From positions 32,984,001 through 33,048,000 of the forward strand of contig CM022670.1 in assembly GCA_012295275.1 (NCBI GenBank): a stretch of 64,000 nt of DNA. The letters run 5' to 3'. Under the pieces are notes generated by a model that saw only the letters and a list, made by a program, of their open reading frames with translations, did no database searches and was not told the DNA's origin. This document shows positions 50,069 through 63,911 of this stretch, piece by piece (within the stretch, counting starts at the first letter, position 1; each line of letters begins with the position of its first letter). The position numbers were made by a program, and so were the translations under genes. Source of the stretch: Chrysomallon squamiferum (taxonomy: Eukaryota > Animalia > Mollusca).

Positions 50069-50729
50069 AGATATATTTATTTATTTTCAAACTGTCGACA
50101 ATATCAATTTTGTCATTATTTATATAGTTAGTTTTTATATATTCTATTATTTATTTTTTTAAATCGAATGAACTCATTTTCAAACCACATCTAGGCTTTG
50201 TTATCTTTATTTGAAAAACCGAATCCTATTACCATAGAAAAGCATTATTCTTCAATTCATTTCACCAAAGGCGGATTTATGAATGCTGCTGTGATGTAAA
50301 TTTCAATTTAAGATGCAACGAAGCATTAAAGCCAATCATTAGGTGTGCCACATGGCTTCGCAACATCGGTAAACACATCCGGTGGAAAAGCGTGATACAG
50401 TGCAGGCTTTTGGTGCGTCCCTTATAAACCATCGGCACGCAGATAATATAATTGGTCATTCAAAACGTTGCTCTGGGTCTTCGTCTTCCCGCCCCCTCCA
50501 CATACCACCATCCTTTGTGGCAGAAGCGAGAAACATCGTTAGAGAGTAAATTATCGTGAGTAATTATCACTGGCCGTATCTGACAAGAAAGTGCTTCTGA
50601 TTACTGCTTCCATGGCAGTTTGGAAGATAATCTCCTATAAATTGTCACTGCTAACCTGTTATTTCAGTAACACACAGTCTGATGAAAGAATCCCGCTATA
50701 AACTGTCACTTCAAACCTATATATAGATT

Positions 50730-50812
50730 CATCGGCCACGTTGATTGTGGCGGTTTGGTGGTTAAGCCACTGCACATACGCTGGTAGGCAAGGGGCTCGT
50801 ATCACACATCCA
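50730..50812 (+). mobile_element. tRNA-derived SINE head, degenerate
   Basis: A-box-like TGGCGGTTTGGTGGTTAAG followed by B-box-like GGGCTCGTATC; no intact cloverleaf. Confidence 0.45.
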
Positions 50813-50956
50813 GCAATTAATTAAAATTGTAATTGCAGAAATACAAAGTTTATAATGTCCAGCGGTTACACTGAAATTTTTATTTTATTTTATATTTTTA
50901 ATAATTTGATTTACGTTGTTATCATACTAAATAAATTTCACAACGGTAACTAAAGG

Positions 50957-51004
<48 letters not shown>

Positions 51005-52009
51005 CCTTCCCCATCTCACTCCCTCCTTCTCCCTCGCTCTCTCTCCCTTACTCTCTCTAAATATTTACATGTTTATGATTCATTTATGACTTTAGTTAAG
51101 ATAAATAATATATATATATATATATATAAGACTACAGTTTTAATTACCTGTGTTAAAAAAGATACGTCGTTTATCGAACCCAGTCCGCAATATCATCAAC
51201 GTCAGTGGATTACTTTCAGAAATATTGATTTACGAAATTAGTAAAATGTATGTTCTCTCTGTGTTAGGTTATTACTTGCTAATAACAAACCATTATGACT
51301 GTTCGGTTATAGTTACTGAGAAAAATCCATAACTCTGTGCTGCAGCCCAATCCATTTAGAACTCACTATAAACTATTTAGTGCAGGTTTGCATTGTTCAA
51401 ACCAATCACTTCGCTGTATTCTTCTGCGTTTATGAAACGATGGGTAACAATATATATGGATAATTACACTCCTACATCATTTCCAGGCATATTAATAAAA
51501 TCTAATGTTATCGAAAATTGTTTGAATTATTTGTATCTGTTTTGTGCAGACGATTTCTAATGGCTTTAACTGAGTCTAAATGAAGGGAATAAAGGGGATG
51601 GGTAAATAATTTCTAAAAACACTTTTAAAATGAAATGTTTCATCATAAATCAGATCTACAGAATTAAAGACGACATTAAGAAGTTTATAAGTGAGGGAGT
51701 CGGAGAGAAAAAAAAGTAGAAAAAATAGGGAGTAAGTAGAGAGAAAGAGAGAGAGACGAAGAAAAATATCATACATTTGTTTAGCTTCTGATTATCATTA
51801 TATAAACTATATTTAGATAATAATTTTATAAAATATTGGATACAACTATAGTAATTAAAAAATGAAAATATAATAGCTATAATTAATATGTCACGAAAAT
51901 TTTAGGAAGTGTGAAAGAAGGCTGCTTTTAAAAACCTTCCAGATTAGCATTTAATCAACGACAGTTTAAATTCAACAGGACATAAAACTACTCTGTAGTC
52001 TTCGTCACT

Positions 52010-52175
52010 AAGAGCCACCACTGTCGCGTGTTCCGACTTAATACCAACAACACGCCAGTTCACTGTACTTCTGTGTGAGCAGGGAAGATGTAGCCTTTGA
52101 CACACCAAACACGAGTCGAACTTGCGACGTACAAAGCCTCGGGCCTGTTCACTATCAGTGAGCCACAGACATCTC
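52010..52175 (-). mobile_element. tRNA-derived SINE remnant
   Basis: Minus strand reads gagatgtctgTGGCTCACTGATAGtgaacaggcccgaggctttgtacgtcgcaaGTTCGACTCg: A-box and B-box at tRNA-like spacing. Confidence 0.5.
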
Positions 52176-53610
52176 GTGAAAACAACGCAGTGTCGCTCGT
52201 CTGACGGGATCGTTTCCCAGGAGATTCCGTCACAGGATGTTGTTTAGAATCCAGTTAAAGAACAAGTGTCTTACATGAATAAAATATGACTACAGCTTTG
52301 TTTTTATTTCATTGTGTCAGTTCTGTTTTACCACTGACAGGACAAGCCATTTTTAGTAGTATGTGTTGTTCCTTTGCTGAAAAAAAAAATTTAAACGTCT
52401 TAATCCATGCAGATGGCACATAAGCTGAGTTGCCTACAAAAATATCTTAAAGCCTGTGAAACACAATACTAAGTCTTTCTTTGATTATTAAATCATTTTT
52501 AAATCTTTCTGGAAGCTAAAATTTCAACGCTCAAGAGATTTTCATTTTAAATTTATTTATTTTATCACGTTTTATTTTTGAAACATTTTTTTTTTTTTTT
52601 TTTTTTTTCCTTTTAAGTCCAAGATATTATTATTATTATTATTATTTTTTTTTTTTTCACATCCAAGGAAGAACGTGAGCAATTATAAATCCGATGAGTC
52701 ACGGATGGCACTCTGCGGCTCGTGTGCTTTTAACATCTTTGGGGAGGAGAAACAAAACAATTATGAGCGTGTTAAGCCGAAGAAAAAAGAGAAAAGCTTG
52801 TTGCCTTGGCACCAGGGGTTAGCCCTACGTCACTCCGGTGACATGATTGGTTGATTGAAGTTTGTCTCGTGTTGCTCAAATTATTCAGAACTAGAGGTTT
52901 AAGTTTTATTAAAGATAATAAAGAGTGCATTAGAAACTCTCTCGCGTTTTATTTTCATATTATTTGGGACTAAAATATCTTTGTTATAATAATGTAGGTC
53001 TGGTGTTTCAAGCAATGGTCGTTTCCACAGTGCATTAAAACCATGCCTTAATTTACAACGTACGCACGCATGCGCACGTGGATATATGGAAAAACAATAA
53101 AAACAAACAGACTAACTAACTAACACTGGGATTTTCCTATACTAACCCCGACTTTAGAAATACGATTCCATCGCTAATCCGGTATAATTTGGCGAGCTAG
53201 TTACTCATTTTCCAGATCATTATCAGTCAGTCGTCCTTTCCATCAGGTTTTTCTGAGTCGCATCAACTACCAGCGCCATTTCTCAACTCCAAGAGAATAA
53301 GCATCCAGTACTGCGATTAATTAATTCCATGATATAAATTAAGACATAAAAAAAAAAAAAAAAAAAATCTTTTTTATTTTTTATAAAATAAATGATAATT
53401 ATTTTATTATATTTTACAAATATAATAAAATAATTAATTAAAAACAATTATAACAACAGTAATGTAATAAATAAATATATGGTTTTATAACGCGTATCAC
53501 AACCATTTTATTGTTTAGTTCATTAAAATTTAACATGAAATTTTAAATAATATTTCGGTGTTATAATTATATACATTAGACGCGTATGTATGTATGTATG
53601 TATGTATGTA

Positions 53611-53643
<33 letters not shown>

Positions 53644-54095
53644 TCGGAATATATTACAGTTTAAAAATGGCAACGTAGTCGGGTATTGGTCTTTCACATC
53701 TGGAAGAACATTCAGTCTCACCTTTTTGCAATAACTTTTCTTTCTTTTCGTTTCTTCTTTCTTCTTTTTCTTCTTCTTTTATTTTATTTTATTTTTTTGT
53801 TTGTATTTTTTGTTTGTTTGGGTTTTTTAAATGTACTTTAACAGTTACCACAGATTATTTCAATACATATAGCTGAGTCAATAAAATTACATTTAGCTAT
53901 TTATTTTGAGAATATTATTCAATAGGTTACCACACTAATTATTTAGGTGAGAAAATCGTTTATCGGTAAAAGGATATTTCCGATGGAAATTGTTTCTTTT
54001 CAATGGATATCAATATTACTCATTTCCATGCTAAGTGCAGCATGTGAGTCGGGGATTATTGTTTTATTGGCTTTGTTTTATTTTATTGTGTGTGA

Positions 54096-54132
<37 letters not shown>

Positions 54133-54981
54133 TATTATTATTTACTAATGTTATTAGTATTTATTATTATTTATTTTATTTTATTCAACACATTTCATCA
54201 GATAACGAATTCTTGTTGAATTATAACATCCACTGCGTTAAACGTTAATACAATTTAAGAACGATTTCAAGAAACTTACTACGTAATGAGGTATGTACGT
54301 ACGTAAGTAATTAAATACGAAACTAAGTAAGTAAAGTTAGCAGGTAAATAAGACAGGACGTAGGTTTAAATAGAAAGCATGAAGAAAGATAGACACGAAA
54401 ACAGATTTATGTTAAATATTTGGAAATCTGTCTATTTCAGCCTTGTATTAAGTTATCTTGTATTATATTTACTGCATTGTATTGTATTGTATATCATATC
54501 TGTTTATTTATATACGTACATCAACAAAATCATTGTAAAATCTACCAAATAATCGAACAACCTTGCCATTTCTGCGATGACAACGTATGTGTATAACAAA
54601 ACTCGTACATCAATGATTACAGTATAATGGCCTTTTATTATGTTTTACGTATTTGTTTAGAATATTCCCCCAGCTTGTATTACTGTTATTAGCGACTAAA
54701 ATGCCACCTCTTATAATGGATAGCCGAGTTAAGTGACAGCGAAATCATATCTGGCTGAAATCTCACGCTAGTCATTAAGCTGTCGTGTTCAGAGACTAAA
54801 GTATGAAATATCTCCATAAATAATGTAACAGTCTTTCAAGTTTTTCACTGCAACATTCCTGGGAAAAAAGACAACTCGATTGACAGAACAAAGCTGTTGT
54901 GACGGTAATCAACAAAAAAAAACAACAACCCCAAAACAAATAATGGCGACAATAAAAGGAACAGTCATCATTCCAAATACA

Positions 54982-55022
<41 letters not shown>

Positions 55023-55719
55023 TGATGATGATGATGATTGTAGTGATGATTATTTTTTCTGAAAAAGAAATAGGTAGCATTTACAAATGGACACTGTGCC
55101 TGCAAGAACAGTTATATTTATATTTAAATTATGATTTCGACTTCTCAGAGCCGAATTCTGTGTCAACAATTTCAGACGAGGAGGAAATGTTGGTAAAAAA
55201 TAATGACCTCGTTTTTAATGAAGAATATCGAATCGATTAATATATTTGTCTTAAGGGAGGTTCATGCAACGAAACATTATCTTAAGAGTAGCTGTCTATA
55301 ATTTCAAGCTCACAAAATAACGTCTATCCCTAAAAGAGAAAGAAAAGAAAACAAACATCGCGTTCGGTTTTGTTCCTGACGCGGCTTAACGCAGAAAGAA
55401 ACTAATGTGGGTATTTTTGTTCTTGTCTCTAGTTTTCTAGTGGCTTAATTCCATAAATAGACTGCTGTCAAATTTACCTGTTATTGATAGAGCACAGGAA
55501 AATCAATGTCAGTCCAGGCCAGTACTGCCGCTCCACAGTCTATGAGCTAAAACGAAGCTGACCATGCCAAGGCAGCTGGCTTATTTTAACTCGGAACGGT
55601 CACTAGCTTGCCATGGAATCACGTGCACTCTATGCCTTATCGATTAGTCGAGACTAACCAACTGTTTGTACACCGGAACAAGAAGGTGGTGATTCAGCTC
55701 TCGCGCGTTAAGGGTTCTC

Positions 55720-56050
55720 GAGTGTTGCCTAGTATGTAGAAACAGAAACCGTGGCCTTAATGATGCAGTTGTCGCATTTGTCACCTGGTATCCAGTAACA
55801 AGAATGTAGTCTTAGCACTGTGGTAGTCTTGCCTGTTGTTTCATATTCATGAACGATGGCATGGCCTTAACGTTACTGCAGTTTTGTCTAACGCACAGAA
55901 TTCAAGAAGGGAAACGTAGCCTTAGCGATGTTGTATTCTGTGTTGCCTCAGTATCGACGTAGTATCTAGTTACAAGAGTCATCTTAGCGTTGTAACATTA
56001 TTTAGCATTATATTTTGTTGGTGATTATTTAGCATTATATTTTGTTGGTG

Positions 56051-56102
<52 letters not shown>

Positions 56103-56395
56103 GCCATATTTTTTCATTTCCTGTACATTAAAAAACAAGTCAGAGTTTTGTGAGATTACTTTTAATTCATAAACGATATTAATAACTTGTGACAGACACT
56201 ACTTTTTTGTCGCTTGGTATTCCATAACTACAATATGGCTTTGGCGATGCAGTTGTTTTATCTGTCGCCTAGTATCCATGAACAAGAATGTAGCTTAAGT
56301 GATGTAGTAGTCTGATCTGTCACGTAATGTCAAGTATTTGAACATGGTAGTCTTGTTTCTTGCCTGGTTTTTTAGGGACAGGAAAGTGGCCTCTT
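55720..56395. repeat. Old ~55-bp minisatellite, interrupted by a short direct duplication and (CA)n
   Basis: RTRGYCTTAR recurs at 55751, 55806, 55861, 55916; similar units resume at ~56205-56395. Confidence 0.75.
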
Positions 56396-57315
56396 TTTTC
56401 CTGGAATATGTTATAATGTCATAGAAATAAAATCTTTCAAGATGTCGAATTAGTTTCTTCAGTAGACTGTATGAAACCATTAGTATTCGAAAATGAATAA
56501 CAAAAATAGAATTATCATTATCAACATCATCATCATCATCATTATTTTGTATTATCCTGATTTGTCGTTCCTCCAGACACCTCCCTTTTTTTCAGAAACT
56601 AAATAATTATAATAATAACTTCAAATTCTCGTCAACACCAGTCGGATACACATGTACGTACTTAACGACATATTCCTGACGGATATCAAACGTCGCAAAT
56701 TGATACACGAACGTGAGAATTTGATAAAGAAGATGTGAAGCAGTGTTAATGTTCAGATCGGAACATCACGTTTTAGCTCTAGTTTCTGTAGCAATGAACC
56801 TGACCCTTACAAAGCCGCGAAGATAAAAATTGTATTAGTTTCTGCATCAGGATATCTGATTTTATGTATCATTTTGTTTAGCAGCACGCAAATAACGTGA
56901 TCGTTATGAGACACAGGAGATAAAAAGTCTGTTAGGATTTGTGAAAGGATCTGCAATATTACTTATTGTTTTGGTAAAGAATGTAAGTCAATGGTCACGA
57001 TGAGGCATTATGGAAGTGTAATGATGTTAGTGTTCACGACTGACCAACAGCTTTGTCAAGAAATTGTGCTAAAAGAAAGAAATTTGTGAATTTTGTTTTT
57101 ATCTTACAGAGTATGTATAAAAAATTCATTAACAATCCGACGGTTAAGAAAAACAGGCTTTATAACTTCGGTTCTACAATGTTTTATTTTTTTTATTTAT
57201 TAAATCGGTTCAGAAAATCATTGTTATTCATTACTATTTTAGATATGGATAATTTACATGGCACTGGCTAAAACAGAAACTTGATGAAACATATGTTTAA
57301 TTACATAAGTTTAAA

Positions 57316-57366
<51 letters not shown>

Positions 57367-58021
57367 ATGCCACACAGCAACCAGAACACTTTTAAAAAAA
57401 TCTCAGATACATTACTTAATTTCGATCAGTATACATCTATTGTTAAAACAAACACTGCGAGTAAATTCAGTTCATTCTCTGATCGGGACACGTTGCACAG
57501 ATCCGATATTTTTGCATGGATGACTGAGACGGTAGAATTAACCAGAAAGTGTTTTGCTTAATGTTGATACTTTCCAGCAGAGTAATGATTTGCACTGATG
57601 ATATATTTGAATTATCGAAGATGTTTACATAAAATGCTCCTAATTAACTTTAGTGAAACACCTTGCTTTTATTACCTTCCTTGTTGTTGGCTTTCTGAAA
57701 GAAATGCTCAGTTTGATTATAATTATATGTGGTCTTGTATTTTGATACACGAACATCCAGTTACGTATTTTCTGAAGCGAAAATATGCCGAGTACTAAAG
57801 CAATACGCAGGATATCTGTGTGAAAATAAAGTAGTGTCTATCAAAACACTGACTGGTTTTTTAATGTACAGGAAATGAAAACATATGGCATATACATGTG
57901 TGTATGCGTGTGTGTGTAACGTCTTTGAAGACCAATGTATTGAATCACCGACAATATATAATATTAAATAATGTTACAATGCATATGGTAACGTTTAAAG
58001 AAAAGAAAAAGACACAGAGAG

Positions 58022-61000
58022 AGGGTTAGGGTTAGGATTAGGGTTAGGGTTAGGGTTAGGGTTAGAGATAGGGTTAGGGTTTAGGTTTAGGTTTAGGGTT
58101 ATTTAAATTTTATTATGACTTATCATAATGTGTAAAATACTTTTAGGATCACGATTAGAAGTAGCGTTACCATATGAAATAAGGGTTGGGTTTTGAGTAG
58201 CATTAGGTTTAGGAGTTAGGCTAGGGTTAGGGGTAGGTTAGGGTTAGGGTGAGGGTTATTTAAGTTTATTAGGAGTCTTATGATAATCTGCAAAACAGTT
58301 TTATCATCAGGGTTAGTACTAGTGTTAGCATTAGAATTAAGTTTAACGACTTCGTTAGTGTTAGGTTTAGAGTTAGGGGTAATGTCTGAGTTAGGGTTAG
58401 GGTTATTTAAAGTTTATTTTGAGTTTACTGATAATGTGCAAAGCAGTTTTAGGATGAGATTTAATAATAAGATTTAAGTTTAGTTCCTTCGTTAGGGTTA
58501 GGTTTAGGGCCTGAGTTAGGGTTAGGATTTGGGGTAAAGTTAGGGTTAGTGTTTGGGTTAGGCTTACGGTTAAAATAGTTTTAGGATCATGGTTAGAAAT
58601 AGTCTTAGCATAAGGATGAAAGTTAGGCATTTGTTTAGCGTTAGAATTAGTGTTAGGGCTTGACCTTAGGGTCAGGGTTAGGATTAGGGTTAGGGTTATT
58701 TAAATTTTATTGTGACTGTTATGATAATGTGAAAAAAAAAATTAGTATCACGATTAGAAGAAGCGTTAGCATATGAATTAAGATTGGGGATTTGGATAGC
58801 ATTAGGTTTAGGATTTCGGCTAGGGTTAGGGTTAAAGTTAGGGTTAGTGTTAAGGTTATTTAAAGTTTATCATGAGTCTTATCATAATCTGAGAAACAGT
58901 TTTATCATACGGGTTAGTACTAGTGTTAGGAACAGAATTACGTTTAACGACTTCGTTAGTGTTAGGTTTAAGTTTATGATTATGGTTAGGTTTTGGGCTA
59001 AGATATGGGTTAGTGTTTTGTTAGGCTTAGGGTTATAATAATGTGCAAAATAGTGTTAGGATCATGGTTAGAAATATTCTTAGCATAAGGATGAAAGTTA
59101 GGCATTTGTTTAGCGTCAGAGTTAGAGTTAGGCTTGGCCTTAGGGTCAGGGTTAGGATTAGGGTTAAGTTTATTTAAATGTTATTATAACTGTTATCATA
59201 ATGTGTAAAATACTTTTAGGATCACGTTTAGAAGTAGTGTTAGTATATAAATTAAGGTTGTGGATTTGGGTAGCATTAGGTTTAGGAGTTGGGTTAGGGT
59301 TAGGGTTACTTTTAGGTTTAGGGTTAGGGTTAGGTTTATTTAAATTTTATTATGAGTGTTATGATAATATGTAAAATACTTTAGGATCACGATTAGAAGT
59401 AGCGTTATCTTATGAATTAAGGTTAGGGATTTGGGCAGGATTAGGTTTAGGTTTTGGGCTAGTGTTAGGGTTAGGGTTAGGGTTAGGGTTAAGGTTAGGG
59501 TTAAAGTTAATTAAAATTTATTATGATAATATGTAAAATACTTTTAGGATCACGATATGAGTTAGGCTAGGGTTAGGGGTGGGTAGGTTAGGGTTAGGGT
59601 TATTTAAAGTTAATTATGAGTCTTGTGATAATGTGCGAAACAGTTTTACAATCAGTGTTAGTACTATTGTTAGTAATAAAATTAAGTTTAACGACATGGT
59701 TAGTGTTATATTTATATTTAGGGTTAGGGTTAGGGTTAGGTTTAGGCTTAAGGTTATGGTTAGGGTTAGTGTGAAGGATTTTTAAAATGTATTATGAGTC
59801 TTATTATCATCAGGGTTACTACTAGTGTTAGCATTAGAATTAAGTTTAACGATTTCGTTAGTGTTAGGTTTAGGGTTACGGTTAGGATTACGGTTAGGGC
59901 CAACATTAGGGTTAGGCTTTGGGCTATGATAATGTGCAAAATAGTTTGAGGGTCATGGTTAGAAATTATCTTTGCATAAGGATGAACGTTAGACACATGT
60001 TTAGCATTAGAGTTAGTGTTAGGGCTTGTCTTTTGTGTTAGGGTTAGAGTTATTTAAAATTTTATTATGAGTGTTATGATAATGTGTAAAATACTTTTAG
60101 AATCACGTTTAGAAGTAGCTCTAGCATATGAATTAAGGTTTCGGAGTTGGGTTAGGGTTAGTGTTCGGTTTAGGGTTAGGGTTAGGGTTATTTAAAGTTT
60201 ATTATGAGTTATGATAATCTGCAAAACATTTTTATCGTGAGTATTAGTACTATTGTTAGCATTAGTATTAACTTTAACGACTTCGTTAGTGTTACGTTTC
60301 GAGTTAGGGATGAGACTAGTTTAGGGTTAGGGTTAGGGTTAGGATTTGGGTTGTTATTTAACGTATATTATGAATTTAAAGATAATGTGCAAAACAATTT
60401 TAGGATGAGGGTTAAAAATGGTGTTAGCATAACAGTTAAGTCTACTTCCTTCGTTAGGATTAGCTTTAGGTTTAGGGTTAGGGTTATGATAATGTGTAAA
60501 ATAGTGTGAGAATCAGGGTTAGAACTAATCTTTTCATAAGGATGAAGGTTAGGCACTTGGTTAGCTAGGGATTGGCCTTATGGTTAGGGTTGGTGTTAGG
60601 GTTATTTAAATTTTATTATGAGTGTTATCATAATGTGTAAAATACTTTTAGGACCACGATTAGAAGTAGCGTTAGCATTTGAATTAACGCTGGGGATTTT
60701 GGTAGGAGTAGGTTTCGGAGTTTGGCTTAGGTAAGGATTAGGGTTAGGGTTAGTTAAAGTTTATTAAAGTTTAGTAAAGAGTCATGATAATTTGTGAAAC
60801 AGTTTTATCCTCAGTGTTAGTACTAGTGTTAGCAATAGAATTAAGTTTAATGACTTCGTTAGTGTTAGGTTTAGGGTTAGGGTTAGGGTTTTGCTTAGAG
60901 TTAGGATTTGGGCTAAGGTTAGGTTTAGTGTTTGGGTTAGGCTTAGGGTAATAGTAATGTGCAAAATTATTTTAGGGTCATGGTTAGAAATAGTCTTTGC

Positions 61001-62737
61001 ATAAGGATGAAGGTTAGGCACTTGTTTAGCGTCAGAGTTAGGCTTGGCCTTAGGGTTAGGGTTAGTGTTAGAGTTAGGATTACGGTTAGGGTTATTTCAC
61101 GTGTATTATGAGTTGAATGATAATGTAAGAAACAGTTTTAGGATGAGGGTTAGAAATAGTGTTAGTATAATAATTAAGTTTAGTCCTTTCGTTAGGGTTA
61201 GGTTTAGTAGGTCTGAGTTAGATTTAGAGTTAGGGTTACGGTTAAGGCTAGGGTTAGGGTTAGGGGTATTTAAAGTTTATTATGAATGGTAGGGTAATGT
61301 TCAAACCAGTTTTATCATCAAGGTGTGTACTAGTGTTAGCATTAGAATTAAGTTTATCAACTTCGTTAGTATTAGGTTTAGGGGTAGTGTTAGGGTTAGG
61401 ATTAGGGTTATTGTTATTTCAAATTTATTATGAGTTTAATGATAATGTACAAAACAGTTTTAGGATGAGGGTTAGAAATGGTGTTAGTATAAGAATTAAG
61501 TTTAGTCCTTTCGTTAGGGTTAGGTTTAGAGTCTGAGTTAGGGTTAGGGTTAGGTTTATTTACATTTTATTATGAGTGTTATGATAATGTGTAAAATACT
61601 TTTACGATCTCGATTAGAAGTAGTATTAGCATGTGAGTTGGGCTAGGGTTAGGGTTAGGGTTAAGGTTAGGGTTAGGGTTAGGGTTAGGGTTAGGGTTAG
61701 GGTTAGTATTAGGGTTAGGGTTAGGGTTAGGGTTATTTATGGTATATTATGAGTCTATGATATCTGCGAAACAGTTTTATCATCAGGGTTAGTACTAGTT
61801 TTAGCATTATAATTAAGTTTAACGAGTTCGTTTGGGCTAAAGTTAGGTTTTGTGTTTGAGTTAGGTTCAGAGTTATAGGAATGTGCAAAATAGTTTTAGG
61901 GTCATGGTTAGAAATAGCCTCATCATAAGTATGAAGGTTAGGCACTTGTTTAGCATCAGAGTTAGGCTTGGCCTTAGGGTTAGGGTTAGTGTTAGGATTA
62001 GGGTTATTTAAATTCTATTATGACTGTTATCATAATGTGTAAAATACTTTTAGGATCACGATTAGAAGTAGTTTTAGCATATGAATTAAGGTTGGGGCTT
62101 TGGGGGTAGCATTATGTTTAGGAATTAGGCTAGGGTTAGGGGTAGGTTAGGGTTAGGGTTAGGGTTAGGGTTAGGATTATTTAAAGTTTATTATGAGTCT
62201 TATAATCTGCAAAACTGTTTTATCATGAGGATTAGTACTAGTTTTAGCATTAGAATAAAGTTTAACGACTTCGTTAGTGTTACGTTTAGAGTTAGGGATA
62301 GATTTTGGGTTAGGGTTAGAGTTAGGGTTAGTTTAGGGTTTAGGGTTTTAGGTTTTAAGTTTAGGGTTTAGGGTTAGGTTAGGTTGGGTTAGAGTTAGGG
62401 TTTGTCGGGTTATTCAGGGTTTGTTTCAAGATTAGTGTTAGGTTAAGGTTAGGGTTAGGTTAGGGTAGGATTATGTTAGGGTTAGGTTTAGGCTAGGGTT
62501 AGGTTTATGGTTTAGGGTTTAGGGTTAGGTTAAGAATGGGGTTAGGGTTTGTCGGGTTAGTCAGGGGATTAGGGTTAGGGTAGGATTATTCTTAGGGTTA
62601 GGTTTTCAGGGTTAGGTTTAGGTTCAGGTTAGGTTTTATCAGTGTTAGGTTTAGGTTAGTTAGGTTAGGGTTTCAGGGTTAGTTAGGGTTAGTTTTAGTC
62701 AGGGTTAGAGTTAGTCAGGGTTAGTTTGGGTTAGGGT

Positions 62738-62740
<3 letters not shown>
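58022..62740 (+). repeat. Interstitial telomere-like (TTAGGG-derived) complex satellite with higher-order modules, G-rich strand on +
   Basis: Short perfect TTAGGG runs alternate with ~28 related ~110-170 bp modules that keep 6-bp register; degenerate TTAGGG/TTAGG tail at 62300-62740; unique DNA continues afterwards. Confidence 0.95.

Positions 62741-62826
<86 letters not shown>
62741..62826. repeat. (GA)n microsatellite abutting the telomeric array
   Basis: Visible directly. Confidence 0.97.
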
Positions 62827-62829
<3 letters not shown>

Positions 62830-63829
62830 ACTGAACAGTGTAAAAGCGACGCTTTGATGTCATTTTTAAGGAAACAGAAACATTTGGTATTCCTCTCGGA
62901 TTGTTAGCTGAGTAAAATTGATAGCTTCTGGATCGATTATGGTTACAAGTGATAACCCAAATGAATCAACTACAGATGATTTTATATATATATATATATA
63001 TATATATAATGTTTACGTTGATTTCACACACACTCAAAAACACACACAACAAAAATGTTTCTAGGATAGAGAAATTCCTGTCATATCTTCGTCTAAAAAA
63101 ATAAGGCGTAAACACACACAAAATAATAATAAAACTAATGTGCTCTAAGATGTTTCTCCTTTGGAAAGAAAACCGTAAAGAAAGAAAGTAAGAAAAAAGA
63201 AAGAAAGAAAAAGAAAAACACAAAATAAATACTAAAATTTTAAAAAAAAAGTAACAAATGAAAAACTTTAAATCTGAACATAAGAATAAAATTTGACATT
63301 TTGGGGCACGTCGTCTAAAACGTTTCTGAAATGTTTTCTATTTTCGTTGAAACAACTTTTTTTTTTTCGAAACCGAATTGGATATTTGTCGGCCTGTGTT
63401 CTAAGACGCTTCACAAATGTTTTTGGCATCAGTGGATTCCACGATAGATCTAGCAGCAACTCATGCATGATGATTTTATTATGTCTTTTTTCCCCAACGA
63501 AATCACGAGAATAAACGGCAGTGTGCTCTTCGATAATTCTTACGTCCTCATTTGACATTAGATGGTATCTCTTTTGTCATGTCTTGCTATTGTTCGCCTT
63601 CTAGAATTGTTATGTTTTAATATTTGAAAAAAAAAAAAGAAAAAAGATATATACTATTCACTTTAAAAGAGTAGTCAGCATTGCTTACATACATTAATTG
63701 AAAGATGTGACACATCTAGGTACATTGCTAGATTACAAATAAAGACGAAACGTTAATATAAAAGCGAACAACTACATCACTATCATCACCATAACAGACA
63801 CAGCAACAAAAATAAAACAACAACCATCA

Positions 63830-63876
63830 ACAGCTACTACTACTACTACTACTAATAATAATTATAATGTCACTAT

Positions 63877-63911
<35 letters not shown>

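Noticed and set aside
58280-61945. LGLGLG, RVRV and LTLT ORFs in the telomeric array
   Set aside because: Expected from hexamer periodicity; no splice or promoter evidence. Translation of GL/VR-type dipeptides cannot be supported from sequence alone.
58022-62740. Chromosome-end telomere or telomere-telomere fusion site
   Set aside because: Perfect TTAGGG runs are short, unique DNA follows, and there is no inverted CCCTAA block.
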